A DNA stretch of 64,000 bases from Candidatus Bathyarchaeota archaeon (GCA_963780185.1 CAWABA010000001.1:192001-256000), one strand, 5' to 3'; numbered from the stretch's first letter, positions 9,655 through 20,199 are shown. Notes: generated from the letters alone by a model not told the origin. Numbers and translations are program-made.

Positions 9655-10445
9655 TGTCATCCCAAATAACTAAAGTTAGACTAAAGCAAATTGAAGGGCT
9701 TCTTGAAAAAGGAAAACGCCTAGACGAACGAGGCTTACGCGACACCCGAGAAATCAAAATCGAGCAAGGTTTAATTGAACGCGCTGAAGGCTCCGCAAGA
9801 TGCCTACTCGGCAGATCTGAGGTTTTGGCAGGCGTAAAAGTTGAACTTGGCGAACCGTTCCCAGATACACCTAACGACGGAGTAATGACCGTTAACGCTG
9901 AACTTGTTCCGTTGGCTTCACCGAACTTTGAGCCTGGACCACCAGATGAAAACTCGATTGAGCTTGCAAGAGTTGTTGACCGAGGCATCAGAGAATCACA
10001 TGCAATCGACACTGAGAAACTATGCATCGAACCAGGCAAGAAAGTGTTCGTTGTTTTCGTTGACGTTTACGTGCTAAACCACGATGGAAACCTGATTGAC
10101 TGTGCCGCTTTGGCTGCAATGTCTGCGTTAATGAACACAAAGATGCCGAATTACGAAGTCAAAGACGGCGAAGTAAAGATGAAGCAAGGCTACACCCCGC
10201 TACCTATGAAAAGCCACCCCATAACCGTCACTATCGGCAAGATAAACAACGTTTTGATTGTTGACCCATGGCTTGAAGAAGAAAAGGTAATGGATTCCCG
10301 AATCACAATTGCAATCAACGACGAAGGTCAAATATGCGCATGCCAGAAGGGAGGCTCAGGATACTTTTCACCGCAACAGATTTTAGAAGCATCAAAGATT
10401 GCTCAGGAGAAAGCAGTCGAATTACGCAAGAAGCTTGATTGGTGA
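9654..10445 (+). CDS. rrp42: Exosome subunit Rrp42
   Basis: AEGSA, PFPDTP, FEPGPPDE, ELARVVDRGIRES, HDGNLID. Confidence 0.96.
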   Translation: MSSQITKVRLKQIEGLLEKGKRLDERGLRDTREIKIEQGLIERAEGSARCLLGRSEVLAGVKVELGEPFPDTPNDGVMTVNAELVPLASPNFEPGPPDENSIELARVVDRGIRESHAIDTEKLCIEPGKKVFVVFVDVYVLNHDGNLIDCAALAAMSALMNTKMPNYEVKDGEVKMKQGYTPLPMKSHPITVTIGKINNVLIVDPWLEEEKVMDSRITIAINDEGQICACQKGGSGYFSPQQILEASKIAQEKAVELRKKLDW

Positions 10446-10786
10446 AAAAAGTGCCAAAAACAAAGAAAGTCGGTCCAACAAGAGGTTTAGGACCACGTTA
10501 CGGTGCCACAGTTAGGAAACGCTATATCAAAGTCGTCACTGAACTCAAAAAACCCCACAAATGCCCAAACTGCGGCTTCGTACGGGTACACCGCGAAAGC
10601 GTCGGCATATGGAAATGCGGCAAATGCGAATACACTTACTCAGGCGGAGCATACACTCCACTAACAAAGCTGGGTGTCGTAGCGAGACGTGCAGCTAAAG
10701 GTTTACCAGTAGAGCAAGTAACCAAAGAAGCAGAGAAAGCCTCAACAGCAGCCGCCGAACCAGCAACCGAAGAAAAAACCGACTAA
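10439..10786 (+). CDS. rpl37ae: 50S ribosomal protein L37ae (eL43)
   Basis: GPRYGATVRK, CPNC…GIWKCGKC, GGAYTP. Confidence 0.95.
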   Translation: MVKKVPKTKKVGPTRGLGPRYGATVRKRYIKVVTELKKPHKCPNCGFVRVHRESVGIWKCGKCEYTYSGGAYTPLTKLGVVARRAAKGLPVEQVTKEAEKASTAAAEPATEEKTD

Positions 10787-10917
10787 AACCTTCTTCAATT
10801 TTAGTTTTTCTTTAAAACAATCTTTTTATTTCATCTACCGTTTTAAGAAATAACCCTTTTCGTTAATCGATTCTTTTTTTGCTTGACGCAAGTAAGATGC
10901 GCTCTTGAAAACATATA

Positions 10918-11549
10918 TTGGCAAACCGACAAAGGACTATGGTACAAGTCTATTTGACGGAGAACCCAAATATGTCGCATAAAGGAGAAGCGTATTCAGC
11001 GTCAGGAGCCATCTTTTTAGACAATCCGATCAGGCGGTGGCTTCAACCCCCCTCTGAACTTATCGAAATGCTTGCCATCAACCCAAGCGATGCCGTGATG
11101 GATTTTGGCTGCGGACCAGGATTTTTCACGGTTGCCAGCTAGCACAGAGAGCCAAAAGCGTGGTGGCAGTTGACCTTTCACCCGAGATGTTAAAGAAAGC
11201 CCAAAACAAGGCAGCTAAGGCAGGCGTGAAAAATATTGAGTTTTTGCAAAGCGATGGTACAAAAATTGAGCTTGAGGATGGCTTAGTTGACTTGATTCTT
11301 CTTGTAACGGTTTTTCATGAGGTTGGGGAAAGCCAAAAGGTTTTAGCGGAGTTCCGCAGGATTCTAAAGCCCGCGGGTAAACTTGCCATCGTGGAAGTTG
11401 TAAAGAAAGGCATCTTTCCGGTCGCTCCAGTCCAAAACCCGGAGGCTTTGAAAGCTGAAGTTGAAGCAGGCGACTTCAAACTGAAGCAGATGAACCGTTA
11501 CAAAAGCTACGGCGTTTTTTTCTTTACCAAAAACATCACTCCTTCATAA
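10918..11549 (+). CDS. Class I SAM-dependent methyltransferase (split by an indel near 11135)
   Basis: First piece has motif I VMDFGCGPG. Second piece has VAVDLSPEML and RILKPAG. Confidence 0.8.
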
Positions 11550-11620
11550 AAGAGCAAGCTTAGATAGCATTAGCTAATCCTGGGCAATTAGTCGAGTAAA
11601 AGAAATAGAATGGGCGTGCT

Positions 11621-12692
11621 TTAGATGCCGAGGCTGTTGATTACTCTGCCCGAGTTGGCGTCGATGACGAGCACGATTTTGTTGCCTTTGTGGTCGAACT
11701 TTGAGAACCATACGGGCGCGTGAAGCAACTCTACGTCGCCGACGTCTGAGTCAGTGTGTATTGATTGAATCATGTGGTATTTTGCGTGTGCCTTCTGTGA
11801 CTGAAGCTGGTCAACAAGGGTTTTCGCTTGGGATTTGGCTACGTCTTCGCTGATGTCGCCGTTCAAGATTTTAACGTCTTTGGGGAGCTTGGAAATATCA
11901 AACAGTTCTCTGCCTTCTAGGTTGAATTGGTATTCGCGGGGCTGATAATCCGTGAGAGCTTTAAGCGCAATAACTGGGAAATTGTAGTTCATATCCATCT
12001 GCTCGGACTTCCTCATTCCGCCGCCGTAACCCATCCCCATCCCATGCCCCAAAGCCATAATTCTTATTCGCTTAAGTCCAAGGATGCCGGCAAACGGGTT
12101 GCCCATTGATTGGCCTGGATACGCGCGTCTTCCTCCCATTCCGCCTCCTCGTCTTCCTCCGCCTCCTCCGAAACCTCCGCCCATGCCGCCGAAAATTACA
12201 CCCATCAACGCTGCGGTTGTGGCTGTCTGTGCAATCTGTGCGGTTTCATCTGCTGCGACGATGCTTGTTCTGGCTGAAACGCTTACAATCCAGTAAGGCA
12301 CAAACGTTAGGCTCATTTCCTCTTGCGTGGAGTCTTCATGAAGGTGCCTGTGTAGCAGACCCTTATTCATCATAGGCGTGATTATCGAATTCACTTGGTC
12401 AACCGTGGCAACCTTCAAGCGCAAGCATGGTTGATTTTTGAATGTTGGTCCACCCTTGGCTTCCCAAAGTGACTCCGGTGCCGCAGTACTCGCAGGTGAT
12501 AACCATCTCTCCAAATTTGGGCGCGATTGGCGCTCCGCAACTGGGGCATTTCAGGGATTCGACTCCTGAAGGTGCAATAACGGGTCCAGCTGACGCCGTT
12601 GGCTTAACAGTATTTAATCCTGTGCTTGTTCCACATTTAACGCAGAATGCGGCGTCATCTGGAAGTTGAGTACCACAATTATGACAATACAC
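11621..12692 (-). CDS. Multi zinc-ribbon protein with Gly-rich insert (split by an indel near 12420)
   Basis: MYCHNCG…FCVKCG and CPSCG…CEYCG, joined to a frame with FVPYW, a GGG-rich loop and HAPVW…IDANSG. Confidence 0.7.
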
Positions 12693-12857
12693 TCTTTTTC
12701 CACCGACTCTCTAAATAAATCTCCTTTCTCTTAAATTTACCTCAAAAAACTTCCTTTATTAAGCTGTTTATCAAGTTTTTCTGCGAAGAAGAATAATTTC
12801 GTTTGCACACTGCTTTTTGGGAAAAAACTAAATACCTGACCATAATACTCATGTTCC

Positions 12858-13562
12858 ATGGCTTTCAAAAAGAAGGGTGTAAATAAAAAGATAGTTTTCG
12901 CGGTTATTCTGCTGGCTGTGATAGCGGTTGGGGTTGTTGCAGCTGTGGTTTATTCAAATCCAAAGCATACTGGCGGCATCGGCGGAGTAACAGTAGGGGT
13001 TCATGTTGGTGACACGTTCACATACACATGACTGGGCAGTTGTTCAGGTCACTGTTCCAAACTCAATTAATCCAGGTTTCTATCAACTTAACGAAACACA
13101 ATCCTACAAAGTAACTATCGAAGCTATTCACGGCGACTCAGTCACGCTTGAAACAGACTGGGTACTCCAAAACGGAACCGACGTCTCTAAGCAGCAAACA
13201 GTCAATTTATCTGACGGATACAAGTCCGATGAATACGGGTTTTTCTTTTCTTTACCCTTCTGACATCAAAGTAGATGACACGATTTATCCCCACATGGAG
13301 CAGTCAATTCCTGTTAATGCAACAATCACTCAGTACATATGGTACCAGCAGTAGGGAAAGCGCCAATTACCAAGTAAGTACTACCCAAGAGCTCTACACA
13401 AGACCCGACACAAAGCACAGAATGTTACTCGTTCGACCAAATTGGTTTGACAGGCAAACAGGAATGCTCACTACCTTTAGCGAAATACAACAGTACAACA
13501 ATCCAGAGCTAGAAGTTGAAGTCATTTACAATCTTATAAGCTCAACAGCTTGGAACGTTTAA
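12858..13562 (+). CDS. Secreted or membrane-anchored hypothetical protein (several indels)
   Basis: ATG at 12858 gives MAFKKKG, a hydrophobic helix and VGVHVGDTFTY. It continues through overlapping ORF pieces to FDRQTGML…TAWNV*. Confidence 0.55.
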
Positions 13563-14028
13563 ACACCTTACCCAAACTTATTTTCTCTGCTTTTTACCCA
13601 AGTTGCCAGTTCTCCGACTGCTTTAACATGGTTCTTCGTTCCCCGCCCACAAAGAAAGTCTTGTTGAGCTCTCAGATGGTAAAAATGGCTGTCGTCGCGC
13701 TATCCATGCTCCCCTGTTGACGAGGGTTCCGCGTGCTCGGACAAGAGAAAAACAATGCCATATTTAGCTACCTGCCAGCATTCGTTCCAATTATTTGTGT
13801 TTGCTTGTGCAGCTTATTTCCTGGATTCAATAGATGATTCCAAATAATCCTGTGGATGAGCCAATTATACTGAGGTGGCGGGCGACATACCATCGTTCAG
13901 CGGCGAGTTTTTTGGTTGATTCAGATTTAATTAAGCAAAAGATTTGAGTCTGCAGCAACCAAAATGGGTAAGAAAGCGAAAAAATGAAATAGCTAACGCT
14001 CAAACAAGATACTGCAGAGGCGAGTGTA

Positions 14029-14796
14029 TTGTCTTTCAGCGTAAAAATGCAGGAAGCAGCCAAAAGCAAAGGTTCACGAATCGTTTTAGCTTTAGATTTT
14101 CCCTTTGAATCTCCGGATAACCGAGACAAAATTTTGGCTAAAGCTCAAAGCATCCTCAAAGCAGTTCACCCCTACATTTGCGCAGTCAAGATAAATCATC
14201 ACCTTGTTCTTCCACTCGGCACTTTCGACGGCGTGCAGCAGCTTGTGGAGAGAATCCGTGGGCAAGGATTGATGACGATTATGGATGCGAAAGTCAACGA
14301 TATAGGCGCCACTAACCAGACCATCGCGCAATACTATTTTGCAGCGGGTTTTGATGCGTTGATTGCGAATCCCTTCATAGGTTGGGAAGAAGGCTTAAAA
14401 CCGCTCTTTGATGTTTCCCAGAGGCTTAACCGCGGAATGATACTTCTTTGCTACATGAGCCACAGAGGCGCAGGCGAAGGCTACGGGCAAACCATAATCG
14501 ACCCTGAAACAGGCGAGAAAATCTTGCAGTACCTTTCCTTTGCAAGAAAAGCCGTAAAGTACGGTGCGGACGGGGTTGTGGTCGGCGCAACTTACCCGCA
14601 AAGAATAACTGAGGTCAAACAGGTTGTAGGCGAAAAAGTAGCCATTTATTCCCCAGGCGTAGGTGCTCAGGGCGGCTCTGCGGAAACCGCTCTTAAATCA
14701 GGTGCAAACTACCTTATCGTCGGAAGAGAAATTACTCTTGCGGTTGACCCTGCTAAAGCGGCAAGCGAACTTTTGGATTCAATAAACGGGGTTTAG
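14029..14796 (+). CDS. pyrF: Orotidine-5'-phosphate decarboxylase
   Basis: LALD, AVK, DAKVNDIGAT, VVGATYP, SPGVGAQGG, IVGR. Confidence 0.95.
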   Translation: MSFSVKMQEAAKSKGSRIVLALDFPFESPDNRDKILAKAQSILKAVHPYICAVKINHHLVLPLGTFDGVQQLVERIRGQGLMTIMDAKVNDIGATNQTIAQYYFAAGFDALIANPFIGWEEGLKPLFDVSQRLNRGMILLCYMSHRGAGEGYGQTIIDPETGEKILQYLSFARKAVKYGADGVVVGATYPQRITEVKQVVGEKVAIYSPGVGAQGGSAETALKSGANYLIVGREITLAVDPAKAASELLDSINGV

Positions 14797-14802
14797 GCGG
14801 CT

Positions 14803-14958
14803 TTATCTTCCGCGTTTGTTCTCCCAAAGCTCTTTCTTGAGTAGGTCACGCACTGATGACCTTATGACGCTGCTTCTGCTCGGGTACATGTTCGCTCGGA
14901 CTAGTTCATCTAAGCCTTCCAGATATGCTTCTGGCAACAGGACTGTTACAAGTTTCAC
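14803..14958 (-). CDS. Ribbon-helix-helix (CopG/Arc/MetJ) regulator, CdrS-like; not in the ORF track
   Basis: Hand-translated GTG-start 51 aa: MKLVTVLLPEAYLEGLDELVRANMYPSRSSVIRSSVRDLLKKELWENKRGR. SD-like GAGGGAGG upstream. Confidence 0.85.
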   Translation of the reverse strand: MKLVTVLLPEAYLEGLDELVRANMYPSRSSVIRSSVRDLLKKELWENKRGR

Positions 14959-15146
14959 TTTTTTTTCCTCCCTCAATATATTATGCTTATAACATGCTCC
15001 GCATATAAGAGCTTAACCAGCAACCCCTAACTGCTCCGCAACCCTTTGATGCAAAATGTATCCACGTTTATTGCTTTTCGACCTCGCTTCCGACTGTTTC
15101 TTTATGATTTGATTCCTTCCCAAAATAAGGCGACTCCTATGCGGCG

Positions 15147-15989
15147 TTAAAGTTTCCTAAGCTGGTTTAACGTTCCAAGATAGGTCCCGTCTAGGAGGTA
15201 AAGCTCAGAGTTATCTACGTCCACGGCTTCCGAACGCAACACGGGTCCAATCAAGGATTCGTTGCCGATTTCTTTTCGCGGTTTAGTTTCGTTCACTGGT
15301 CTGCCGCCCAAAAAATCGTTGAAGCTGGGCATTATGAAAATTTCTTTTGCCTTCAGCTTGACCCCATAGTGTTTGTGCAGGGTTTCGGCGACCGTGCCCT
15401 CGATTTTTACTTTGTGCTTTTGCAGAAGAATCTTTCCCAGCGCTTCTGTGTCGCACGTTGCCCGCATCCAGGCTTGCCTTGTAATTTTGAAGCCTGCTGG
15501 GTCACGGAAGACGACGACGGGGTGCAGGTGCCCCATAACTAAGGTTTTGCAGCCGAGCAGGGCGGGAGACGGCCATTTGTGCCCGTGAAAGATACCTACG
15601 TCGCCGATTGCGACTCCTGTAGCGGGTAGCAGCTTGATGTTTTCTGGCAGAAGAGGCTCGATGTTTGCGTCGTGGTTTCCGCGGACAACCGCTATGTCGC
15701 CGATGAGGCTTTGCAGTTTGGTGAAGAAGTCGGGTACGTCATGCCACTCGCCCAGTTGGCTTTTGACAACCGTGTACTTCACGTCGCCGACGATAACCAG
15801 CTGCTGCGGCTTATACTTGCAAAGGATGGCCGTGAGCTTGTTGAGGATTTTGGGTGTTTGGCTTGGAACATGGATGCCTTTTTCCTGAAGCTCCATCTCC
15901 CACCCAATGTGGGGGTCAGCGATTAGAAGAGTCTTGACGCTTCCCGTTTTCACCATTGCCGCGGGGCTGGGCCAAAGCAAACTTAACAT
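15147..15989 (-). CDS. Calcineurin-like metallophosphoesterase (ICC-like)
   Basis: ADPHIG, VGD, RGNHD, FHGH, GHLHP, MPSFN. Confidence 0.88.
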   Translation of the reverse strand: MLSLLWPSPAAMVKTGSVKTLLIADPHIGWEMELQEKGIHVPSQTPKILNKLTAILCKYKPQQLVIVGDVKYTVVKSQLGEWHDVPDFFTKLQSLIGDIAVVRGNHDANIEPLLPENIKLLPATGVAIGDVGIFHGHKWPSPALLGCKTLVMGHLHPVVVFRDPAGFKITRQAWMRATCDTEALGKILLQKHKVKIEGTVAETLHKHYGVKLKAKEIFIMPSFNDFLGGRPVNETKPRKEIGNESLIGPVLRSEAVDVDNSELYLLDGTYLGTLNQLRKL

Positions 15990-16819
15990 GACGGTTTAAC
16001 CAAGCTTAAGATTTTTTTGTGAATTTGGAGGTTCCCAGAAGCGACAAAACTAAGTGTTCGCTTTGGATCCAATTCAACATTTACTTCTTTGTTCTCGGGC
16101 GACGTGATTGTTCCGTCTGCTTCCTTTATTATAAGAAAGCCCGCCGCGACGTCGGTTGTGCGCAGTTTCCCGCGCAGGTCAACAAACGCGTCTGTTGAAC
16201 CGTCAGCCACGTAGCAGAGCTCAAGGGCGTTGGCGCCGAAATGGCGGATATGCTTGGTTTTACCAATAAGCGCGGTTACTTTTGGGGCAACCTCTTTGAC
16301 TTTGTAAGTGTTCAAATCTAAACCGATCAACGCCTCATCCAGCGTGGTGGTTTTTGACGGCGTAATTTTCTTTCCGTCGCGAAATGCGCCTTTGCCCCTG
16401 AAAGCTGTGTACGTCACGTCGTGGAAGAGGTCGGCAACCATCCCTGCGTAAACCTCCGCAAGCCACGGCTTATCCGAAACCGCAACAGAGCAAGCGTAGA
16501 AGGGTAAGCCATGCATGAAATTGGTGCTTCCGTCAACCGGGTCAACCGTCACAAAACACTCCTCAGCCGACGACCCGAACTTTTTTACCCCCGACTCCTC
16601 GCTGATTAACGTAAACGAAACGCTGTGCTGGTTTAGGGTGTCGATGATTGCTTTTTCTGCGGCTAAATCCATCGGCTTCATCGCGTCGCCGCCCGCGCCT
16701 ACGCCCAGGTTAGGCTGCGTTTCTTTGGTGGTTTTGACGCATGGCGCTATGTTTTTCTGCACGTTTGTTTTGCATTCGAGAAGGATTTGTTGCCAGTCGT
16801 TCTGTTTTTGCGTTTTCAT
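15983..16819 (-). CDS. suhB: Inositol monophosphatase / fructose-1,6-bisphosphatase (FIG family)
   Basis: GAGGD, ISEESG, VDPVDGSTNF, DVAAG. Confidence 0.9.
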   Translation of the reverse strand: MKTQKQNDWQQILLECKTNVQKNIAPCVKTTKETQPNLGVGAGGDAMKPMDLAAEKAIIDTLNQHSVSFTLISEESGVKKFGSSAEECFVTVDPVDGSTNFMHGLPFYACSVAVSDKPWLAEVYAGMVADLFHDVTYTAFRGKGAFRDGKKITPSKTTTLDEALIGLDLNTYKVKEVAPKVTALIGKTKHIRHFGANALELCYVADGSTDAFVDLRGKLRTTDVAAGFLIIKEADGTITSPENKEVNVELDPKRTLSFVASGNLQIHKKILSLVKPSC

Positions 16820-16916
16820 TGCGGTTCTTCCTGCTTGTTGTTATAGATTGGACAAGTTGATAAATGCTATACCCCGCTTTCGGCGGCTGAAAGGCGGTTA
16901 ACCTGCAGTCTAAATC

Positions 16917-16932
16917 CGAAACGCTTATATTT
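16917..16932 (+). promoter_or_regulatory. BRE/TATA promoter of the aromatic leader and operon
   Basis: CGAAACGC-TTATATTT, ~40 nt upstream of the leader ATG. Confidence 0.6.
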
Positions 16933-16969
16933 TCTGGTTTATGACTCATTGAGCAGGTTCGAAGCTTCA

Positions 16970-17053
16970 ATGTCTAATCTCGCAAACAAAAAAGCAAACG
17001 TTGCATCATGGTTCCAGAGCTTCGACTACTTTTATTATAGTTATTTTCCTTAA
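16970..17053 (+). CDS. Putative aromatic-amino-acid leader peptide (27 aa)
   Basis: MSNLANKKANVASWFQSFDYFYYSYFP*. 9 of the last 14 codons are Trp/Phe/Tyr (1 W, 4 F, 4 Y). It lies directly upstream of the aromatic biosynthesis operon. Confidence 0.75.
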   Translation: MSNLANKKANVASWFQSFDYFYYSYFP

Positions 17054-17091
17054 GCCCAGAACTCAGAAAATTTTTTAGTGAAGTTCTGGGC
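17054..17091 (+). promoter_or_regulatory. Hairpin immediately after the leader stop (candidate attenuator)
   Basis: GCCCAGAACT (17054-63) pairs perfectly with AGTTCTGGGC (17082-91). A T6 tract lies in the loop (17071-76). Confidence 0.7.
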
Positions 17092-17109
17092 AAAGCACGG
17101 GTGTAGCAA

Positions 17110-18357
17110 ATGGAAAAAACTGGCTCTAAAAAAACGATTGTTGTTAAATTCGGCGGTTCTAGCCTAGCCGATCACGAGAGACTCTTAAAAGCGGTGGTTG
17201 CCGTGGTTAACGAAGCCAAGAAGGGTACGCGGGTCGCCGTGGTTGTGTCGGCTATGGGTAAAACTACTGATGTCCTTATGACGACTGCGAAGAACGCTTC
17301 TAACGGGAAACTCGACAAGAAAGACCTTGACGACATCCTCTCGATGGGCGAGCGGACCAGCATCAGAATCTTCTCCACGGCTCTGCGAACCAACGGAGCA
17401 GAATCCTGCTACTTTGACCCAATCGACAGCAACTGGCCAATAATCACCGACTCAGCATTCCAAAACGCCAACCCCATCCTCAAAGACTGCGAAAAAAATA
17501 TTCGCGAATGCGTGCTGCCAATCATGGAAAAAGGCGTCATCCCTGTTGTGGCGGGTTTTTTGGGTAAAACCAAAGACGGCAAAATCACGACTTTGGGAAG
17601 AGGCGGAAGCGACACCACCGCGTTCGTCTTAGCTGAGGCGCTTGGAGCCGACGAAATCGTGTTGGTAACCGACGCCGACGGCATAATGTCCGCTGACCCG
17701 AAGCTTCTTTCTAACGTTTTGCGCCTCAAAGAAGTCGACGTTAACACGTTGGTGGGGCTTGCCGATTCAGGAGCCAAATTCATCCACAGCAAAGCGTTAA
17801 AGTACAAGCCTAAAAACATCAACGTCCGCGTCATCAACCACGCACACGGCGACCTCTCCGAGGAAGGCACCTTAGTCACAGGCGGATTAGCCACGGAGCT
17901 TGACGCTGAAATCGCACATCCGTTTCCCGTCGCCGAAATCACCGTGATAGGCAACGGCATATCAGCTAACCCACAAATCATCCAGGAAATGGCGGAGAAA
18001 ACCAAGCGACACTCGCAGCTTTTAGGCATGTCAATGAACTCGAACTCCGCTATTCTTTACGTGTCTCAAGAAAAGAATTTAGACGGCCTCTTCAACGACG
18101 TTCACAACATAGTAAAGAGCAACAAGGAAACGATTGCGATGGCAGTCAAAAAAGACCTTGTTTTCATACAAACAAGCGGTGTCGGCTTAGAGGAAACCCA
18201 CGGCATCATCGGAAAAATCAGCGAAGACCTGCGGGTCAGCGGCATAAACATTTCAGGCATACTAACCATAACCTCTAGCATCCTGCTCTTTATGGATTGG
18301 AGTGAACGGGAAAAAGCCCTAAAACTGATTAAAAACTCTTTAAGGAGCGCTAAGTAA
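17110..18357 (+). CDS. lysC: Aspartate kinase
   Basis: VVKFGGSS, VVSAMG, TTLGRGGSDTTA, TDADGIMSADP, C-terminal ACT domains. Confidence 0.93.
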   Translation: MEKTGSKKTIVVKFGGSSLADHERLLKAVVAVVNEAKKGTRVAVVVSAMGKTTDVLMTTAKNASNGKLDKKDLDDILSMGERTSIRIFSTALRTNGAESCYFDPIDSNWPIITDSAFQNANPILKDCEKNIRECVLPIMEKGVIPVVAGFLGKTKDGKITTLGRGGSDTTAFVLAEALGADEIVLVTDADGIMSADPKLLSNVLRLKEVDVNTLVGLADSGAKFIHSKALKYKPKNINVRVINHAHGDLSEEGTLVTGGLATELDAEIAHPFPVAEITVIGNGISANPQIIQEMAEKTKRHSQLLGMSMNSNSAILYVSQEKNLDGLFNDVHNIVKSNKETIAMAVKKDLVFIQTSGVGLEETHGIIGKISEDLRVSGINISGILTITSSILLFMDWSEREKALKLIKNSLRSAK

Positions 18358-18366
18358 GGTGAAAAT

Positions 18367-19159
18367 ATGAATCAAGGAAAAACTCGAAGACTAAGAAGAA
18401 TCCTGCAGCAAGACAACCGAACAGTAATTGTCCCCATGGACCACGGCGTAACCGTCGGACCCATCCAAGGCTTAGCTAACATGCAGCAGACAATCAACAT
18501 GCTCATCAAAGGTGGAGTCGACGCAGTTCTCGTCCACAAAGGCATCGCAAGGCACACTGACGCTGGAAACGCAGGGTTAATCGTTATGCTTTCAGGCATG
18601 TCAAACCTTGAGCCCGAACGTCAACGGCAAAGTCCAAGTCTGCAGCGTCCAAGAAGCCATACGGCTTGGGGCAGACGCTGTTTCAGTGCATGTTAACATC
18701 GGAGCGCAGGATGAGGATAAAATGCTTCAAAACCTCGGCAGCGTAGCCGACGAATGTGACGTTTACGGTATGCCGCTTCTTGCAATGATGTATCCTCGGG
18801 GACCCAAAATACAGAATGAACACGCAGCCGACGTTGTCGCTCATGCCGCACGCATCGGCGCTGAACTTGGCGCAGACATCATCAAAGCAAACTTTACAGG
18901 AAACACAGAAACATTCAGAACCGTAGTGGAAAGCTGCCCCGTACCCGTTGTGATTGCGGGGGGACCAAAATGCAAAACCTCCGAAGAGGTCCTCCAAACT
19001 ACATACGACGCCATTTCAGCTGGAGCAGCGGGTCTCTCAATCGGACGCAACGTCTTCCAACATGAAAACCCAACCCTAATCGTCAAGGCGCTGTCAGCAA
19101 TCGTTCACGGCGGCGTTAGCGTGCAGGAAGCGCTCAAGATTCTCGGTGAAAAAACGTGA
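18367..19159 (+). CDS. 2-amino-3,7-dideoxy-D-threo-hept-6-ulosonate (ADH) synthase, class I aldolase (indel near 18608)
   Basis: [36 protein letters not shown]. Adjacent to DHQ synthase II. Confidence 0.88.
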
Positions 19160-20199
19160 AGGAACTTTGGGTAGAGATTGAGCAGGCGGCTTCACCGCAA
19201 GAAAAAGAAAACTTGCTTAGCTCCGCGCATGAAAACGCCGATGTGGTTCTCGAAGGAACCCAAGCCAGCACCCGCAGCGGCAAACTCGACATAGCCTTCC
19301 TCGCCGAGCTGTCCGAGAAAAAGATTTCTCAAGCTAAAAATGAAGGCAGAAAAACCGCCGTTAAAATCAGCATAAAAGGCAAGGAAGACGAGAACCAAGC
19401 TGCCAAAGCGGCTGAGCTGGGCGTGGATTACATTATTATTAACACGTTTGATTGGCGCGTTATCCCGCTGGAGAACTTGATTGCGAAGGCACACGGCGGC
19501 AAAAGCAAACTCATCGCCGAAGTTGCCACGGCGCAGGATGCCAAGGTGGTTCTTGAAGCCTTAGAGTTGGGAACAGACGGCGTTCTGCTTAAAACCTCAA
19601 ACCCCACTGAGCTTGCCAACACGGTTAAACTGGTTAAAGGGCAAATGCCAAAGGTCGCGTTGACAGTGGCGAAGGTTCTCTCAATCCAACCCATCGGCAC
19701 AGGCGCCAGAGTCTGCGTGGACACGGTTGATTTGATGGTTCCAGGCGAAGGAATGCTTGTCGGTTGCCAATCTGCAGGGTTCTTTTTGGTGGAAGCTGAA
19801 GTAAACGAGAACCCGTACGTGCAGTCTAGGCCTTTCCGAGTGAACGCTGGACCAGCCTCGCACTACACGTTAACGTCGCTTCAGAGCACCAGGTACCTGT
19901 CTGAACTTAAGGCTGGGGACGAAGTTTTAATCATCAACAGGGAAGGCAAAGTAAGAATAACCAACGTAGGTCGATCAAAAATCGAGTTCCGACCCCTCAT
20001 CCTAATTGAAGCGCAAGCGGACGACACAAAAATCAAAACGATATTGCAAAACGCGGAAACCATCCGCCTCGTCACGCCGAAAGCCTCTAAACCCGTCACG
20101 GAACTAAAAGTAAACGACGAGGTTTTGGTGCATTTGGCTGCGAAAGGGGGTAGACACTTCGGCGTTTCTGTGCCTGAAGAAACGGTGATTGAGAAGTGA
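19156..20199 (+). CDS. 3-dehydroquinate synthase II (archaeal)
   Basis: [43 protein letters not shown]. Confidence 0.93.
   Translation: MKELWVEIEQAASPQEKENLLSSAHENADVVLEGTQASTRSGKLDIAFLAELSEKKISQAKNEGRKTAVKISIKGKEDENQAAKAAELGVDYIIINTFDWRVIPLENLIAKAHGGKSKLIAEVATAQDAKVVLEALELGTDGVLLKTSNPTELANTVKLVKGQMPKVALTVAKVLSIQPIGTGARVCVDTVDLMVPGEGMLVGCQSAGFFLVEAEVNENPYVQSRPFRVNAGPASHYTLTSLQSTRYLSELKAGDEVLIINREGKVRITNVGRSKIEFRPLILIEAQADDTKIKTILQNAETIRLVTPKASKPVTELKVNDEVLVHLAAKGGRHFGVSVPEETVIEK

Noticed and set aside
13600-14020. Possible ncRNA or uORF (MGKKAKK*) upstream of pyrF
   Set aside because: No recognisable RNA family or strong structure, and the peptide has no link to pyrimidine sensing.
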